64,000 nt of DNA, taken from assembly GCA_030698495.1 (NCBI GenBank), contig JAUYKA010000008.1:14895-78894 (forward strand), given 5' to 3'. This DNA is from a bacterium (lineage in GTDB: Bacteria > Patescibacteriota > Andersenbacteria > UBA10190). The notes under the pieces were generated by a model. It had not been told where the DNA came from, made no database searches, and saw nothing but the letters and a program-made list of their open reading frames with translations. The position numbers and the translations under genes were made by a program. Positions 11,210-21,098 of the stretch are shown one piece after another. Each line of letters starts with the position of its first letter. Within the stretch, counting starts at the first letter, position 1.

Positions 11210-13066
11210 ATGTCTAATCTTGGGCAACAAAAAAATAATATACGTATAGTGAGTATTGGTTTGCTAATAATAGGTGTGCTTGCTAGTGTTTTCCAGCTGT
11301 TATATGGCGTGGTTAGTGCTTCTATAGACCGCGATACCTATTTTTTGCTGGCGGCGGGCAGGGAAGTGGCATTAAGTGGAATTCCGCGCCTTCCTTTTTT
11401 TGTGAATAGTACGCCCGGAATCGATATTCTCTTTTGGACACACCAAGTGCCCGCCTTCTTATATGGGGCAATAGTGAAATTTTTGGATGTAAATATTTTT
11501 AGTTTTACCTGGGTTGTCATTGCCCAATTGATACTGACTATGGTTATTAGCTTCTTGTTTTTACGGGAGTTGTTGAAATGGTGTGAGCCGGGACTGGTGC
11601 GCTATGCACCGGTGTTCCTGTTGTTCCTGCTATATGATCCGATATTTAACATTCTTTTCCTGAATATAAAAATGTTTTTGCAATGGGCATATATTTGGTC
11701 TGTCTTAGCCATAATATTTTTAATATGGTTTTGGCATAACCCCCGCGGATGGCGTGGTTTAGTTTGGCTGTTTTTAAGCAGTTGTTCAGTGGCATTAGCT
11801 CCATTATCTTTTATAAGCTTGGGCATTCCGGCGGCACTTGGCATTGCCATCACAGAACTCTTGTTTGTGAGGTGGAGAACAAAAGGAATTTCACGAGAAT
11901 ATGCCATAAAAGCCTTTCTGGCCTGTATTTTAGGCTGGTTTATACCAGTGCTTTTTTTGTTAGTGTATTTGGGTGGTAAGCTGGATCCTGGCCAATGGAA
12001 AACTTTATGGGTTCTGGTTGGCTCTTATGGAGAAAACGCTTCCGTTCTAAGCATAAAACAATATATTCTCCAGCTTGGTTTTTTTGGGAGCACCATGTTT
12101 ATACCGCTACAGGGGTTCAGCTTGCTGCCAATCGGATTAATCTCAATATTTTCTAATTTTGTGCGGCGGCACAGTCTGGCTATCCAGCAGCAGTATTTGG
12201 TGTGGATGTCTTTTGTGTTGGTTGCAGCTTGGTTATTAGCGGCTTCTGTGGGGAGCACGCATTTTGCCAGCCACTTAATGATATGGATTTTGCCCATAAT
12301 GTTAGTGAATATTGCTATTATTTTAGGTTCAAAGAAGAACAGCGACACAAGAGCGATATTTTTGACGGCAGCATCGATTATTATTCTGGGGCAGGCTAGT
12401 TATCACTTAGTGCTTAATTCCTTAAACTATCTGGCAATTGCCGCGGCAGCAGGTGTGACATCGGGGATGATAATAGTTTTGTATTATCAAAAATGGAAAT
12501 TGCCGGTCTTTATAAGTTTGTTTATTTCTTTGTTGTTTTTTGTGCCGGTTGTACAAACAAGGTTAGTTTCCCTACATTCTTTTGCCCCAACGGTTTTACG
12601 GGAGGTCGGACGTGATAAATTATGGTCGTACGATAATTTTTTATTGGCTACTCGTGAAGTAACTAGCCGTTATGTTCAACCAAATGATTGGGTGTTAACT
12701 AATTTACCAGTGACTGAGCTTTTTCCCGAGGGCGTGAAGTTACAAATTCTTTATAACTATCGTGGTTTATTTAGCGGTGCTCGCCTTGAGCCGGGTGATG
12801 TGGCTATTCTTTTTGGTTCTACTGAAGCGAAGAGCATTGCTAATTATCAAAATATGAGTGTAGGTGAAGTATTTTCTTACCGTTTGTTTGAATATGAAAT
12901 ATTGAAGCGAGAAGAACTTTCTGCTGGGCATTATTTGTTAGTTGCTAAGCCAGCGGCCAGTTTAGATGCTAATAAGCAAGTTATTGAAGATGATCGAGCT
13001 GCTTCCAAAAGTGAGGTACGAAATTATTTGCAATGGCGGTTGGAGAACAATTTGCCAATTAAATAG
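11210..13066 (+). CDS. Multi-pass membrane protein, possibly GT-C fold
   Basis: 618 aa, about 12 hydrophobic segments, DRD motif after the first TM, soluble C-terminal domain. Confidence 0.6.
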   Translation: MSNLGQQKNNIRIVSIGLLIIGVLASVFQLLYGVVSASIDRDTYFLLAAGREVALSGIPRLPFFVNSTPGIDILFWTHQVPAFLYGAIVKFLDVNIFSFTWVVIAQLILTMVISFLFLRELLKWCEPGLVRYAPVFLLFLLYDPIFNILFLNIKMFLQWAYIWSVLAIIFLIWFWHNPRGWRGLVWLFLSSCSVALAPLSFISLGIPAALGIAITELLFVRWRTKGISREYAIKAFLACILGWFIPVLFLLVYLGGKLDPGQWKTLWVLVGSYGENASVLSIKQYILQLGFFGSTMFIPLQGFSLLPIGLISIFSNFVRRHSLAIQQQYLVWMSFVLVAAWLLAASVGSTHFASHLMIWILPIMLVNIAIILGSKKNSDTRAIFLTAASIIILGQASYHLVLNSLNYLAIAAAAGVTSGMIIVLYYQKWKLPVFISLFISLLFFVPVVQTRLVSLHSFAPTVLREVGRDKLWSYDNFLLATREVTSRYVQPNDWVLTNLPVTELFPEGVKLQILYNYRGLFSGARLEPGDVAILFGSTEAKSIANYQNMSVGEVFSYRLFEYEILKREELSAGHYLLVAKPAASLDANKQVIEDDRAASKSEVRNYLQWRLENNLPIK

Positions 13067-13102
13067 CTTTTGTTACTTTACATATTTTGATAGACTATTT
13101 TA

Positions 13103-14032
13103 ATGCATAACAGCGAAGCAAAACCGAATGATTGGCTGAGCCGGATAGCTTTTGATGAAACTGTTGCCAACTATACCTCTCAAAGGGGCGAAGACAGGAT
13201 ACTGCAAAAGTTGTTTGAAACAATAGGTATAAAAAATAAGTGGTGTGCGGAGTTTGGGGCGGCTGACGGCAAGCATCGAAGCAATACCTGGTATTGGATA
13301 AATAAGCAGGGGTGGTTTGGTGTGCAGATAGAAGCGGCACGGGATGTTAATTTGGGCTTGAGGATACCTTGGCACGATAGTTTTGAGGCTTTACGGCGCC
13401 GTTACAAGAATAATAAGAAGATTGTGTGCTTCAATAAGTGGGTGGGGACCAAAGGTGAGAACGCATTAGATCAGATTTTTCGAGAGACTGGCATTCCGAA
13501 AGATTTTGATTTGCTTTCAATGGATGTGGATGGCGCCGAGTATGATATTTGGCAAGCGATGGTCGAATATAAGCCGCGAGTGATGGTTATTGAATATGAT
13601 AAAACGATACCGGTAGAAATTGATTTCCATTCGGATCGCGGATCGAGTTTACGGGCGTTGGCGCGATTGGGTAGAGAAAAAGGATATGAGTTGGCGGCGG
13701 CTAATGATTTGAACGGGGTTTTTGTAAGAAAGGAATTTTTTGGGATGCTGGGCATTAGCGACAATGATCCGGCCCGGTTGTGGTCAGGGTATGAACAGTA
13801 CAGGGTTTACGCGCAGAAGAATAATAAGGGGAGCTTAGAATTTTTTGGCCCAAACAATTTAAGGTGGGTTAGCGGCAAGGACGGAACTTTGAGAGGACAG
13901 TTTGAGTCGGGACAATATATCTGGATTAAACCCGGAGAAACTTCTATTAAAAGCAAAAAAGAAAATAGTAAGATGACTTGGTATTTAACGGGGTGGCTGC
14001 GTCACTGGTTTTATTATTTGACGGGAACTTAA
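13103..14032 (+). CDS. FkbM-like methyltransferase-related protein
   Basis: SQRGEDRIL, EFGAADG..SNT, DLLSMDVDGAEY, PRVMVIEY motifs. Confidence 0.7.
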   Translation: MHNSEAKPNDWLSRIAFDETVANYTSQRGEDRILQKLFETIGIKNKWCAEFGAADGKHRSNTWYWINKQGWFGVQIEAARDVNLGLRIPWHDSFEALRRRYKNNKKIVCFNKWVGTKGENALDQIFRETGIPKDFDLLSMDVDGAEYDIWQAMVEYKPRVMVIEYDKTIPVEIDFHSDRGSSLRALARLGREKGYELAAANDLNGVFVRKEFFGMLGISDNDPARLWSGYEQYRVYAQKNNKGSLEFFGPNNLRWVSGKDGTLRGQFESGQYIWIKPGETSIKSKKENSKMTWYLTGWLRHWFYYLTGT

Positions 14033-14953
14033 ATGAGGAAAATTGTAGTCTTGCAATCGCCGGCAAAGTTATACGAAGTTGTACCGGTGTTTTATAAAGA
14101 GCTAAACAAAGCTAATTACTTTGATGAATTTTATCTAGCGACAGACAAAAAGGAGCCCCATGGACTTGGTGGTAATGTAAAAGTAATAAATTTAGAGAAA
14201 GATTTAGGATGGGAGGCGAATTTAAAGATTTTACTAGAAAATATTCCGGAAGATATTTTTGTGATGATGTGCGATGATCATGTGACTGTTGGCGAGCAAA
14301 AAGTGGAGCTAGATAAATATTTTGAGGTGATGAAGCAAGCGCCGGAGTTGGGACGTTTGCAGCTTTCTCCTCCCACCAGGAATTATTATAAGTTTTTAAA
14401 GGTTCGCGGGTTGCCGGTTGTGATACCGGACGATAAGAAAGGGTGGTACCCCTACGACAAAAGATATCGCTGGCATCTTAATTTTCAACCATCTATCTGG
14501 CGCAAGGATTTTTTAAGTGAAGTGATCGAAGGCGGCGGCAATAGAAGCCAAATGGAAATTCGAGCAGCGGAGCGGGCAAGAAGAAGCAAGAGATATGTTT
14601 CCGGTTATATTGGCAGTTATGCTTTGCGGTATGAAAATTTTCTGGCCAGTTGCCAGGTTGATCATATTGATTTTACCCATCATCGCAAAAAGAAGACGTC
14701 GGTATATCGGGAGGAGTTTATTCGTTATGCTAAAAGAAACAATTACCAGCTTGATTCAAATAAAATGGCCTATATCAGACAAGCCGGTTTACAGGCTTTA
14801 ATGCCATCAAAATATGCCGTTGACCATTTTGGTGATCGCGAAGCTTATAAAAAATATGCAATCAAAAGAAGTTCGTTGGCTTATCGGTGGTCCAGGCTAA
14901 AGAGGCGTTTAAGGGCGAGAATAGCTCCTTTTATTTCAGTCTCCGGCCGGTAA
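14033..14953 (+). CDS. Putative GT-A glycosyltransferase
   Basis: 306 aa; MMCDDH (DxD-like) and QPSIWRKDFL motifs; glycan-locus context. Confidence 0.5.
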   Translation: MRKIVVLQSPAKLYEVVPVFYKELNKANYFDEFYLATDKKEPHGLGGNVKVINLEKDLGWEANLKILLENIPEDIFVMMCDDHVTVGEQKVELDKYFEVMKQAPELGRLQLSPPTRNYYKFLKVRGLPVVIPDDKKGWYPYDKRYRWHLNFQPSIWRKDFLSEVIEGGGNRSQMEIRAAERARRSKRYVSGYIGSYALRYENFLASCQVDHIDFTHHRKKKTSVYREEFIRYAKRNNYQLDSNKMAYIRQAGLQALMPSKYAVDHFGDREAYKKYAIKRSSLAYRWSRLKRRLRARIAPFISVSGR

Positions 14954-14977
14954 TTGTTTTTGTTTGGGGGTAATGAT

Positions 14978-15655
14978 ATGCTGGAACGCATGAAAACAAC
15001 GGTAAAAGACAAAGCGATTAAATTATGGAGGCGCGCTAATGGCCAGCCAAAAAAAATGTTTAATTGGTATGTTTTAGGTAATAAGGCGACCATTCCTCCT
15101 GATTTGTATAAACAGCGGATGGTTAAGAAAATTGGTCGGAAGTCTGGAATTAGGGTGTTTGTAGAGACTGGCACCTATAAGGGGGACATGACTTTGGCGG
15201 CCAGCAGGGTTTTTGAAAAAGTTTATTCCATAGAGTTACACAAGCCTTTTTATGATAAGGCGGTTGAGCGTTTTGCCGGTAATAATCGAGTGGAGATATT
15301 GTATGGAGACAGCGCTTCTGTTGTGAAGGATTTAATGCGTAAAATAGACGAACCTTGCGTCTTTTGGCTAGATGCTCATGGCGGGCAAGCGTCTAAAGAC
15401 GGGGCTGGTATTGAGGGTCCCGCTCCTGTTGATCCTGAATTAAGGGCTATCTTAAACCATTCTAAAGCGGCACAGCATATAATTTTGATTGATGATGCCC
15501 ATACTTTTATCCGTGATCAGAAGTGGGGAAAAGGTGTTTGGGGGCAAATAGAAAATCTGCGTAAAGAATGGCTAGAAAAGCACCCAGAGTGGGTTTGGAA
15601 GATAAAAGATAATGTTGTTCATATTTATAAAACAGGCAATGAGCAACGCTCTTGA
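14978..15655 (+). CDS. SAM-dependent methyltransferase-like protein
   Basis: FVETGTYKGD, SIEL, GDS, FWLDAH, ILIDDA motifs; ATG at 14978 chosen as start. Confidence 0.7.
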   Translation: MLERMKTTVKDKAIKLWRRANGQPKKMFNWYVLGNKATIPPDLYKQRMVKKIGRKSGIRVFVETGTYKGDMTLAASRVFEKVYSIELHKPFYDKAVERFAGNNRVEILYGDSASVVKDLMRKIDEPCVFWLDAHGGQASKDGAGIEGPAPVDPELRAILNHSKAAQHIILIDDAHTFIRDQKWGKGVWGQIENLRKEWLEKHPEWVWKIKDNVVHIYKTGNEQRS

Positions 15656-15854
15656 GGACCAAGAAAGTCATGACAATAAAATGCCCGTTTGGCAGCTGAC
15701 TGACGGTACGGTGGTTATACAAAGCGAAGAGGATCCAGCGTTGGCTATCAATCGAGGGCGTATAAAATGGACGACAGACAAGGGCGTTGCTAGAAGAAAG
15801 ACTTTTTTCGAGACGCTAAAGCATTCAGCACGAAAAATACTGGAGCATATTTGA
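15639..15854 (+). CDS. Small hypothetical protein
   Basis: 71-aa ORF overlapping the upstream stop and filling the gap to the convergent gene. Confidence 0.35.
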   Translation: MSNALEDQESHDNKMPVWQLTDGTVVIQSEEDPALAINRGRIKWTTDKGVARRKTFFETLKHSARKILEHI

Positions 15855-15861
15855 TTTAATG

Positions 15862-16530
15862 TTATCTCCAGGGCTTGAGAATATTTCCGGCTATTTTGTT
15901 TAAATAAGAGACAGTTTTAGTCCGCAATAAATATTGGCGGCGGAATTTTTTGATGTCTTGTGTGCTGATATTAAGTGTTCTTGTTCGGGTAACAATTGAA
16001 TATAGTTTGATTAATGAAAGGTCTTTTTCGGTGAAATTAGCGGGTTTAATGACTTTGATAAATACCCCCGGTTTTTTGGAGTCTGACCCCATTTTAACTA
16101 TTTCGCAGTCAGAGAATATTGCCTGAAAGTCTTTTATTTCATAACGCCAGTAATCATCTGGGTACCCGTGATAGCGAAAACCTTTGGATCTAGTGGTAAC
16201 TAATATGATACCTTCCGGTTTACAAACCTGTTTGATGTTTGATATTGTTTCTCGCCAATAGCGAGTATGCTCTATTAATTCGGTGGCTATAACAACATCG
16301 AAACGATTGTTGCCAAATCTTTTTACTAGTTCTTCGGCTTTACAAACTTCGTCTACGTTTGGTCCGGCTTCTATGTCTACGCCGATATATGATTTGGGCT
16401 GGTGTATAGACAGGAGTGGTTTTAGGCTGCCGTTTACGTCGTATGATCCTACCTCGAGGATGTCTTTGTCTTTAATGTCTTCTGGTAACAAGTTGGTGGC
16501 ACCAAACATGACACCGTCCACAGTACACAT
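15862..16530 (-). CDS. Class I SAM methyltransferase
   Basis: ILEVGSYDVNGS, GVDI, FDVVIATELIEH, YHGYPDDYWR motifs. Confidence 0.85.
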   Translation of the reverse strand: MCTVDGVMFGATNLLPEDIKDKDILEVGSYDVNGSLKPLLSIHQPKSYIGVDIEAGPNVDEVCKAEELVKRFGNNRFDVVIATELIEHTRYWRETISNIKQVCKPEGIILVTTRSKGFRYHGYPDDYWRYEIKDFQAIFSDCEIVKMGSDSKKPGVFIKVIKPANFTEKDLSLIKLYSIVTRTRTLNISTQDIKKFRRQYLLRTKTVSYLNKIAGNILKPWR

Positions 16531-16628
16531 AGTTAATAGAAATAAAGAAAAAAGAAGCCGTTTGCAATTCTTTATAAAGCTAAGTTACGCTGGTTGGTGG
16601 TGTTAATATTAACAGTTGTTACTGAAAT

Positions 16629-17834
16629 ATGCGAGTAGCTTTGGCGGTGGGGGGAATTAGTTATCTTAAGATTTTTGGATCTTTGATAAAGGAGAGCCAT
16701 AGATTTGGAATAGAGCCGATTATTCTGTATTGGCATCCGGAGAAAGATAGCAAAATTTATGAGAACATAACGGGGGATGCTTTATTGAGAACTTTTCCCG
16801 AACTATCCACCGAACAGTTGCATGAATTTGATCCCGCCAACATAAAGGATGTCCTGATTAGAACAAATTGTCAGGCAGTGTTATTTCTTTCGGCATATAA
16901 GCAATATTGTGACCAACTATCTGAAATAGAAGAGCATAACATTTCTACCTGGCGCCTGGAACATTTTGTGAATTCAATTTATGAAACAGCGAAGACAGAA
17001 TATGGTGCCGACGTAGATATGGCCATGAAGCATCTAACGGGTAAGTTTGTGGCCACTGATTTTTGGAAAAATTTGGAATTTAAAATCAAACCGGAGCTAT
17101 CAGCCGTGGCAGATAAATATTATATAGTTGGAAACTTGGTGGCTGACGTTTATAGGTATATAGAACCGGAAAATGCCAGACGAATTTTAAATATTAAGTC
17201 TAATGAAAAAATAATTACTTTTTTTGCCCCTAATATTAGAAAGCACCATTCTTATTATGTTTGGGGTTGGCGCTCGCAGAAGAAATTAGAAACGTTATTA
17301 AAGGAGCTTAGAAATTATTGTGATGAGTTCGGGTATAAACTAGTTATTAAATCCAGAAGAAAACAGTGGGATAATCCTTTGTATAAGGAATACGCCGACC
17401 ATTTTTTTACTGATGTTGTTAGTGCTGCTTATCCCCATGCGTCAGCTTTATTATTGAGTTTGTCTGAATTAATGGTTCATATGGGCTCCATGGCAGTATT
17501 GGAAGCGGCGGCTGTCAATGTTCCTTCTTTGGGGGTGGGAGTGTCGTCAATTGATAAGTTACACGGCTATATGAGTAAGCGGGCCAGACAAATCATTAAA
17601 AAAGATTTGTTTGGAGAGGAGGAGGGATGTCCGTTTTCCTTTAAGGGTGTGTCGGAGCAGATCTCGGTGAACCGAATTAAGAAGGATCTGCCGGAGAGGT
17701 GTGATAGTTTGATTAACTTGAGGGTTAAAAACATGAATAAAATGTTGGACTACAAAAGTAAATTTATAGGTACGTCCCGGTTGTCGGCGGATCGAATTTG
17801 GGAAGAAATTAAAAAACATCATGCGAGCAGTTAA
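16629..17834 (+). CDS. GT-B-like protein (CDP-glycerol glycerophosphotransferase/capsule-biosynthesis-like); candidate nonulosonate transferase
   Basis: IVGN, LVIKSR and SMAVLEAAAVNVP pattern; first gene of the NeuB operon. Confidence 0.45.
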   Translation: MRVALAVGGISYLKIFGSLIKESHRFGIEPIILYWHPEKDSKIYENITGDALLRTFPELSTEQLHEFDPANIKDVLIRTNCQAVLFLSAYKQYCDQLSEIEEHNISTWRLEHFVNSIYETAKTEYGADVDMAMKHLTGKFVATDFWKNLEFKIKPELSAVADKYYIVGNLVADVYRYIEPENARRILNIKSNEKIITFFAPNIRKHHSYYVWGWRSQKKLETLLKELRNYCDEFGYKLVIKSRRKQWDNPLYKEYADHFFTDVVSAAYPHASALLLSLSELMVHMGSMAVLEAAAVNVPSLGVGVSSIDKLHGYMSKRARQIIKKDLFGEEEGCPFSFKGVSEQISVNRIKKDLPERCDSLINLRVKNMNKMLDYKSKFIGTSRLSADRIWEEIKKHHASS

Positions 17835-18834
17835 AGAAATTCAAGGGTTGCAGGTGGCAGCTAACGATGTGCTTAATTGGCTTCTTCAGAATAGGTCGAA
17901 AAGACTTAATAAGGAAGAATCATATGTTATGAGTATGTTTCGTCAGCAGTTATTGAAAACATATGAAATTTTACCAGTTGGCAGCAAGGGGCAAACAGTG
18001 AAGCTAAAACAATATCGAGTTCCTACAGAAAAAAAATATTTAGCTATTTATGAACTTCAGCAACAATTTCAAGAATTGAGAAACTATTTTAAAGCAGTGA
18101 TTATTCATGGGAGTTTGGCTGATGGATATGTTGTCGATAATTGGAGTGATGTGGATATTCTAGCAATTGTCAAAGACGATGTTTTTGAAAGTACAGAAAA
18201 ATTTGTAACTCTGCGTAAAAAACTATTATCGCTAGAGGAAGGATTGTATAAGTATGATCCGTGGCAACACCATGGGGTGCAGTACATAAGTGAGTCTGAT
18301 CTGGGTTTTTATCCTGAATATTTTTTACCAATTAATGTTATTAAGGAAGGCAGGTTGTTGGTGGGACAAAGTAGGTTGGTTTTTAATTTACGTGGTTCGG
18401 CGGAAGAACAAAGCGCTCGTTTGTACGCAATAAAAGATTTATTTATGGAGTCGGCTAAAAATGGGGAAATGAAGCATCATGCCAGGGACGGAAAATATCT
18501 TCAAGAAGATTTTCGTATGGCAAAAGATAATTTTTATCAGTTCAAGTATTTTATTTCACTAATTTTGTTGATGCCCAGTTTATTTATTGCGCTAGTTGAT
18601 AAACCGATTGATAAAAGGAAGTCTTTTGAAGTTATAAAGAATTATTTTTCTGAAGGCGATTTGGAATTAATCAGGGCAGGTGAGGAAGCGAGGTCTTTGG
18701 CGCCTGATTTTCATATCAAGAACAACGAAATTCCTCTTATTGTCCAAGAAACTCTTGGTGGGGGTTACTTTAAAAGGGCGAGTAAAATATTGAATCTATT
18801 TGTTAAAGAATATGAGTTACGTAAATCTGCCTAA
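17821..18834 (+). CDS. Pol-beta superfamily nucleotidyltransferase domain protein
   Basis: IIHGSLADG....WSDVDIL matches the hG[GS]x(9-13)DhD motif. Confidence 0.75.
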   Translation: MRAVKEIQGLQVAANDVLNWLLQNRSKRLNKEESYVMSMFRQQLLKTYEILPVGSKGQTVKLKQYRVPTEKKYLAIYELQQQFQELRNYFKAVIIHGSLADGYVVDNWSDVDILAIVKDDVFESTEKFVTLRKKLLSLEEGLYKYDPWQHHGVQYISESDLGFYPEYFLPINVIKEGRLLVGQSRLVFNLRGSAEEQSARLYAIKDLFMESAKNGEMKHHARDGKYLQEDFRMAKDNFYQFKYFISLILLMPSLFIALVDKPIDKRKSFEVIKNYFSEGDLELIRAGEEARSLAPDFHIKNNEIPLIVQETLGGGYFKRASKILNLFVKEYELRKSA

Positions 18835-19825
18835 AAAGACCGGATATGAAGTATATCGAGTGTGCGAAGAAGAGTTTGTAGAAACAGCTCGAAAATACGC
18901 GGATATTCTGGCGGTATATTCCGGTGGCACAGTCAAGCATCCGGGAATATCGGATTTAGATTTTATTGTTTTTCTAAAAAATCAACTTTCAGTTCGAATG
19001 GATATAGAAAATCGGTTGCCGCAAAAAGTAGTAAAGATGCTAAAAGGAGGGACGATTTTGAAAATTAACGAAAGGAACATACGTGATATTCAAATTATCG
19101 ACCCGTTGCCCTTAAAGCATTTATATGGAGACAAGTATGTATTCCGTCGATACGATGGCACTACTTTCAGTATTTGTCGTATTCTTGATTGGTTGCCAGA
19201 AAGAATTTTTTCTTTATGGCAATATGTATCGCAAGATAGGCGCGATGTTTCCAGGGGCTTGTTGCTATTAAAATCTCTCACAGTCAGTTTGGACCTGGTG
19301 GATCAGCTAAAAGGCGATGGGGCGTATGCTGCTTATCACGAAGAAGTGCATAGTCTCCGCCGCTTGTGGTTTGTATCAGAAAAATCTTTGGAAAATTTTA
19401 ATATTCTGTTAAAACGGGGTATGTGTTTGGCACAAGAAGCTCTTGATAGTATTTCTTTGTGGCTTGTTGATCAAAAATATATATCAGGTAGCCCCGAATT
19501 TATTAAGGGAGCGGTGTTTGATATTCCAAGTGGGCCTACATTTCATTTTGACCAAAAAACACATATAGTGAGAAGCCGCTTATATATTCCATGGGTAGTT
19601 GCAATATTTTTAGCGCAGCAAGCTCAAAGCGGGAAAGGATATCTGTCTATGAGGCTTAAAAAATCATTTGATACTATCATAGATGCAAATCAATATGATA
19701 TAAATTGGGCGTTTGCTAATACAATAACTAAACGTATTGCGTATGTGGAATCCCTGATTAAATTTTTTCATGACAATGGCCTGTCACGGGGTTTGCTGAA
19801 ATACGGTTGGTATTTAAAAGACTAG
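18812..19825 (+). CDS. Pol-beta-like nucleotidyltransferase domain protein
   Basis: VYSGGTVKHPGISDLDFIV motif; ATG at 18812 overlaps the upstream gene. Confidence 0.65.
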   Translation: MSYVNLPKKTGYEVYRVCEEEFVETARKYADILAVYSGGTVKHPGISDLDFIVFLKNQLSVRMDIENRLPQKVVKMLKGGTILKINERNIRDIQIIDPLPLKHLYGDKYVFRRYDGTTFSICRILDWLPERIFSLWQYVSQDRRDVSRGLLLLKSLTVSLDLVDQLKGDGAYAAYHEEVHSLRRLWFVSEKSLENFNILLKRGMCLAQEALDSISLWLVDQKYISGSPEFIKGAVFDIPSGPTFHFDQKTHIVRSRLYIPWVVAIFLAQQAQSGKGYLSMRLKKSFDTIIDANQYDINWAFANTITKRIAYVESLIKFFHDNGLSRGLLKYGWYLKD

Positions 19826-19828
19826 GGT

Positions 19829-21097
19829 ATGGATGCTAAAAAAATATACGAACAGCTTTTTTATCTGGATCGCTCACTTATGGGGTCGGCTAATGACAAA
19901 GCTCTTGAATTGATAGGGGCCGAAATACCTTTGAGGATTTATAGTTTTCGCAGCGGCGATAAAGTTTTTGATTGGCAGATTCCTAAAGAGTGGATATTTC
20001 ATTCGGGACACATGGTCGATCAAGATACGGGTAAAACGTTGCTGAATGCTGCCGATAATATACTGCGCGTTGTTAATTACAGCGAGAAATTCCACGGCAC
20101 CGTAGAGTACAAGCAGTTGGTAAAGCATCTTCATTATAGTCATGTCATGCCCAATGCGATCCCTTATCTTACTAGTTATTATGCTAAAAACTGGGGGTTG
20201 TGTATGCCCCAAAAACAATTTCATCAGTTAAACAAGAAACATACGTATAAGGTTGAAATTGATGTCGAACGGAAGAGCGGAGTAATGAATATTGGGGAAG
20301 CGGTAATAAAAGGGAAGTCAGACAAAGAGGTTGTATATTCTTCCTATTTATGTCATCCCAGACAAGCCCATGATGGGTTGTCGGGAGTTGTTATGATGTT
20401 GTTGTTATTCCATCTCTTACGAGATAGCAATAATTATTATACTTATCGTTTTTTATTTATTCCTGAAACGATTGGCAGCATCGCTTTGTTGTCGCGCAAT
20501 ATTATACGTCCTTCTCGGGTGGAATATGCCCTTGTCGTTACGTGTGTCGGCAGGGGAGAGCATATTAATTATAAAAAGACGTTTTTGGCAAACCACACTA
20601 TTGATCGTGTTGTGGAACGAGTGCTTAAGAAAAAGGGAAGAAAATATACAGTGCGAACATTTTGGCCCCAAGGCAGTGACGAGCGACAGTTTTCGAGTCC
20701 AAGCATAAGAATTCCCACCGGGTCTATTATGGGAAATGTTTATCAGGAATACCCCGAATATCATACTTCGGCGGACAATTTGAATTATGTATCTTTGCCT
20801 GCGGTGAAAAAATTTGCTCAATTATACTATCAAGTTGCTAAAGAGTATGAGCAGTACCCTAAATTGATCAATAATCTACCGGGGGGTGAGCCTTTTTTGA
20901 CTAAGTATGGTTTGTATCGTGTATTAGGAGTACCCGGGCATACGTCACAAGAGACAATTCGCAGTTGGATATTGTTTCTGGCCGATGGCAGCCATACAAT
21001 TGTTGATATGGCGGCAGAAACCGGTTTTACTGAACGTGAGCTAAAGCCGTTTGTGGCACAATTACTTAAGATGAAGTTAATAAAAGAAACTGAATAA
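19829..21097 (+). CDS. DUF4910 / M28 aminopeptidase-like polysaccharide biosynthesis protein with C-terminal HTH
   Basis: FDWQIPKEW, IPYLTSYY, YLCHP, PETIGS, GSDERQF, EYHTSAD motifs. Confidence 0.85.
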   Translation: MDAKKIYEQLFYLDRSLMGSANDKALELIGAEIPLRIYSFRSGDKVFDWQIPKEWIFHSGHMVDQDTGKTLLNAADNILRVVNYSEKFHGTVEYKQLVKHLHYSHVMPNAIPYLTSYYAKNWGLCMPQKQFHQLNKKHTYKVEIDVERKSGVMNIGEAVIKGKSDKEVVYSSYLCHPRQAHDGLSGVVMMLLLFHLLRDSNNYYTYRFLFIPETIGSIALLSRNIIRPSRVEYALVVTCVGRGEHINYKKTFLANHTIDRVVERVLKKKGRKYTVRTFWPQGSDERQFSSPSIRIPTGSIMGNVYQEYPEYHTSADNLNYVSLPAVKKFAQLYYQVAKEYEQYPKLINNLPGGEPFLTKYGLYRVLGVPGHTSQETIRSWILFLADGSHTIVDMAAETGFTERELKPFVAQLLKMKLIKETE

Positions 21098-21098
21098 A

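Noticed and set aside
17821-19825. CBASS/CD-NTase or MNT-HEPN defence system
   Set aside because: No recognisable effector, Cap2/Cap3 or HEPN partner. The genes are translationally coupled inside a sugar operon. Not excluded without an HMM search.
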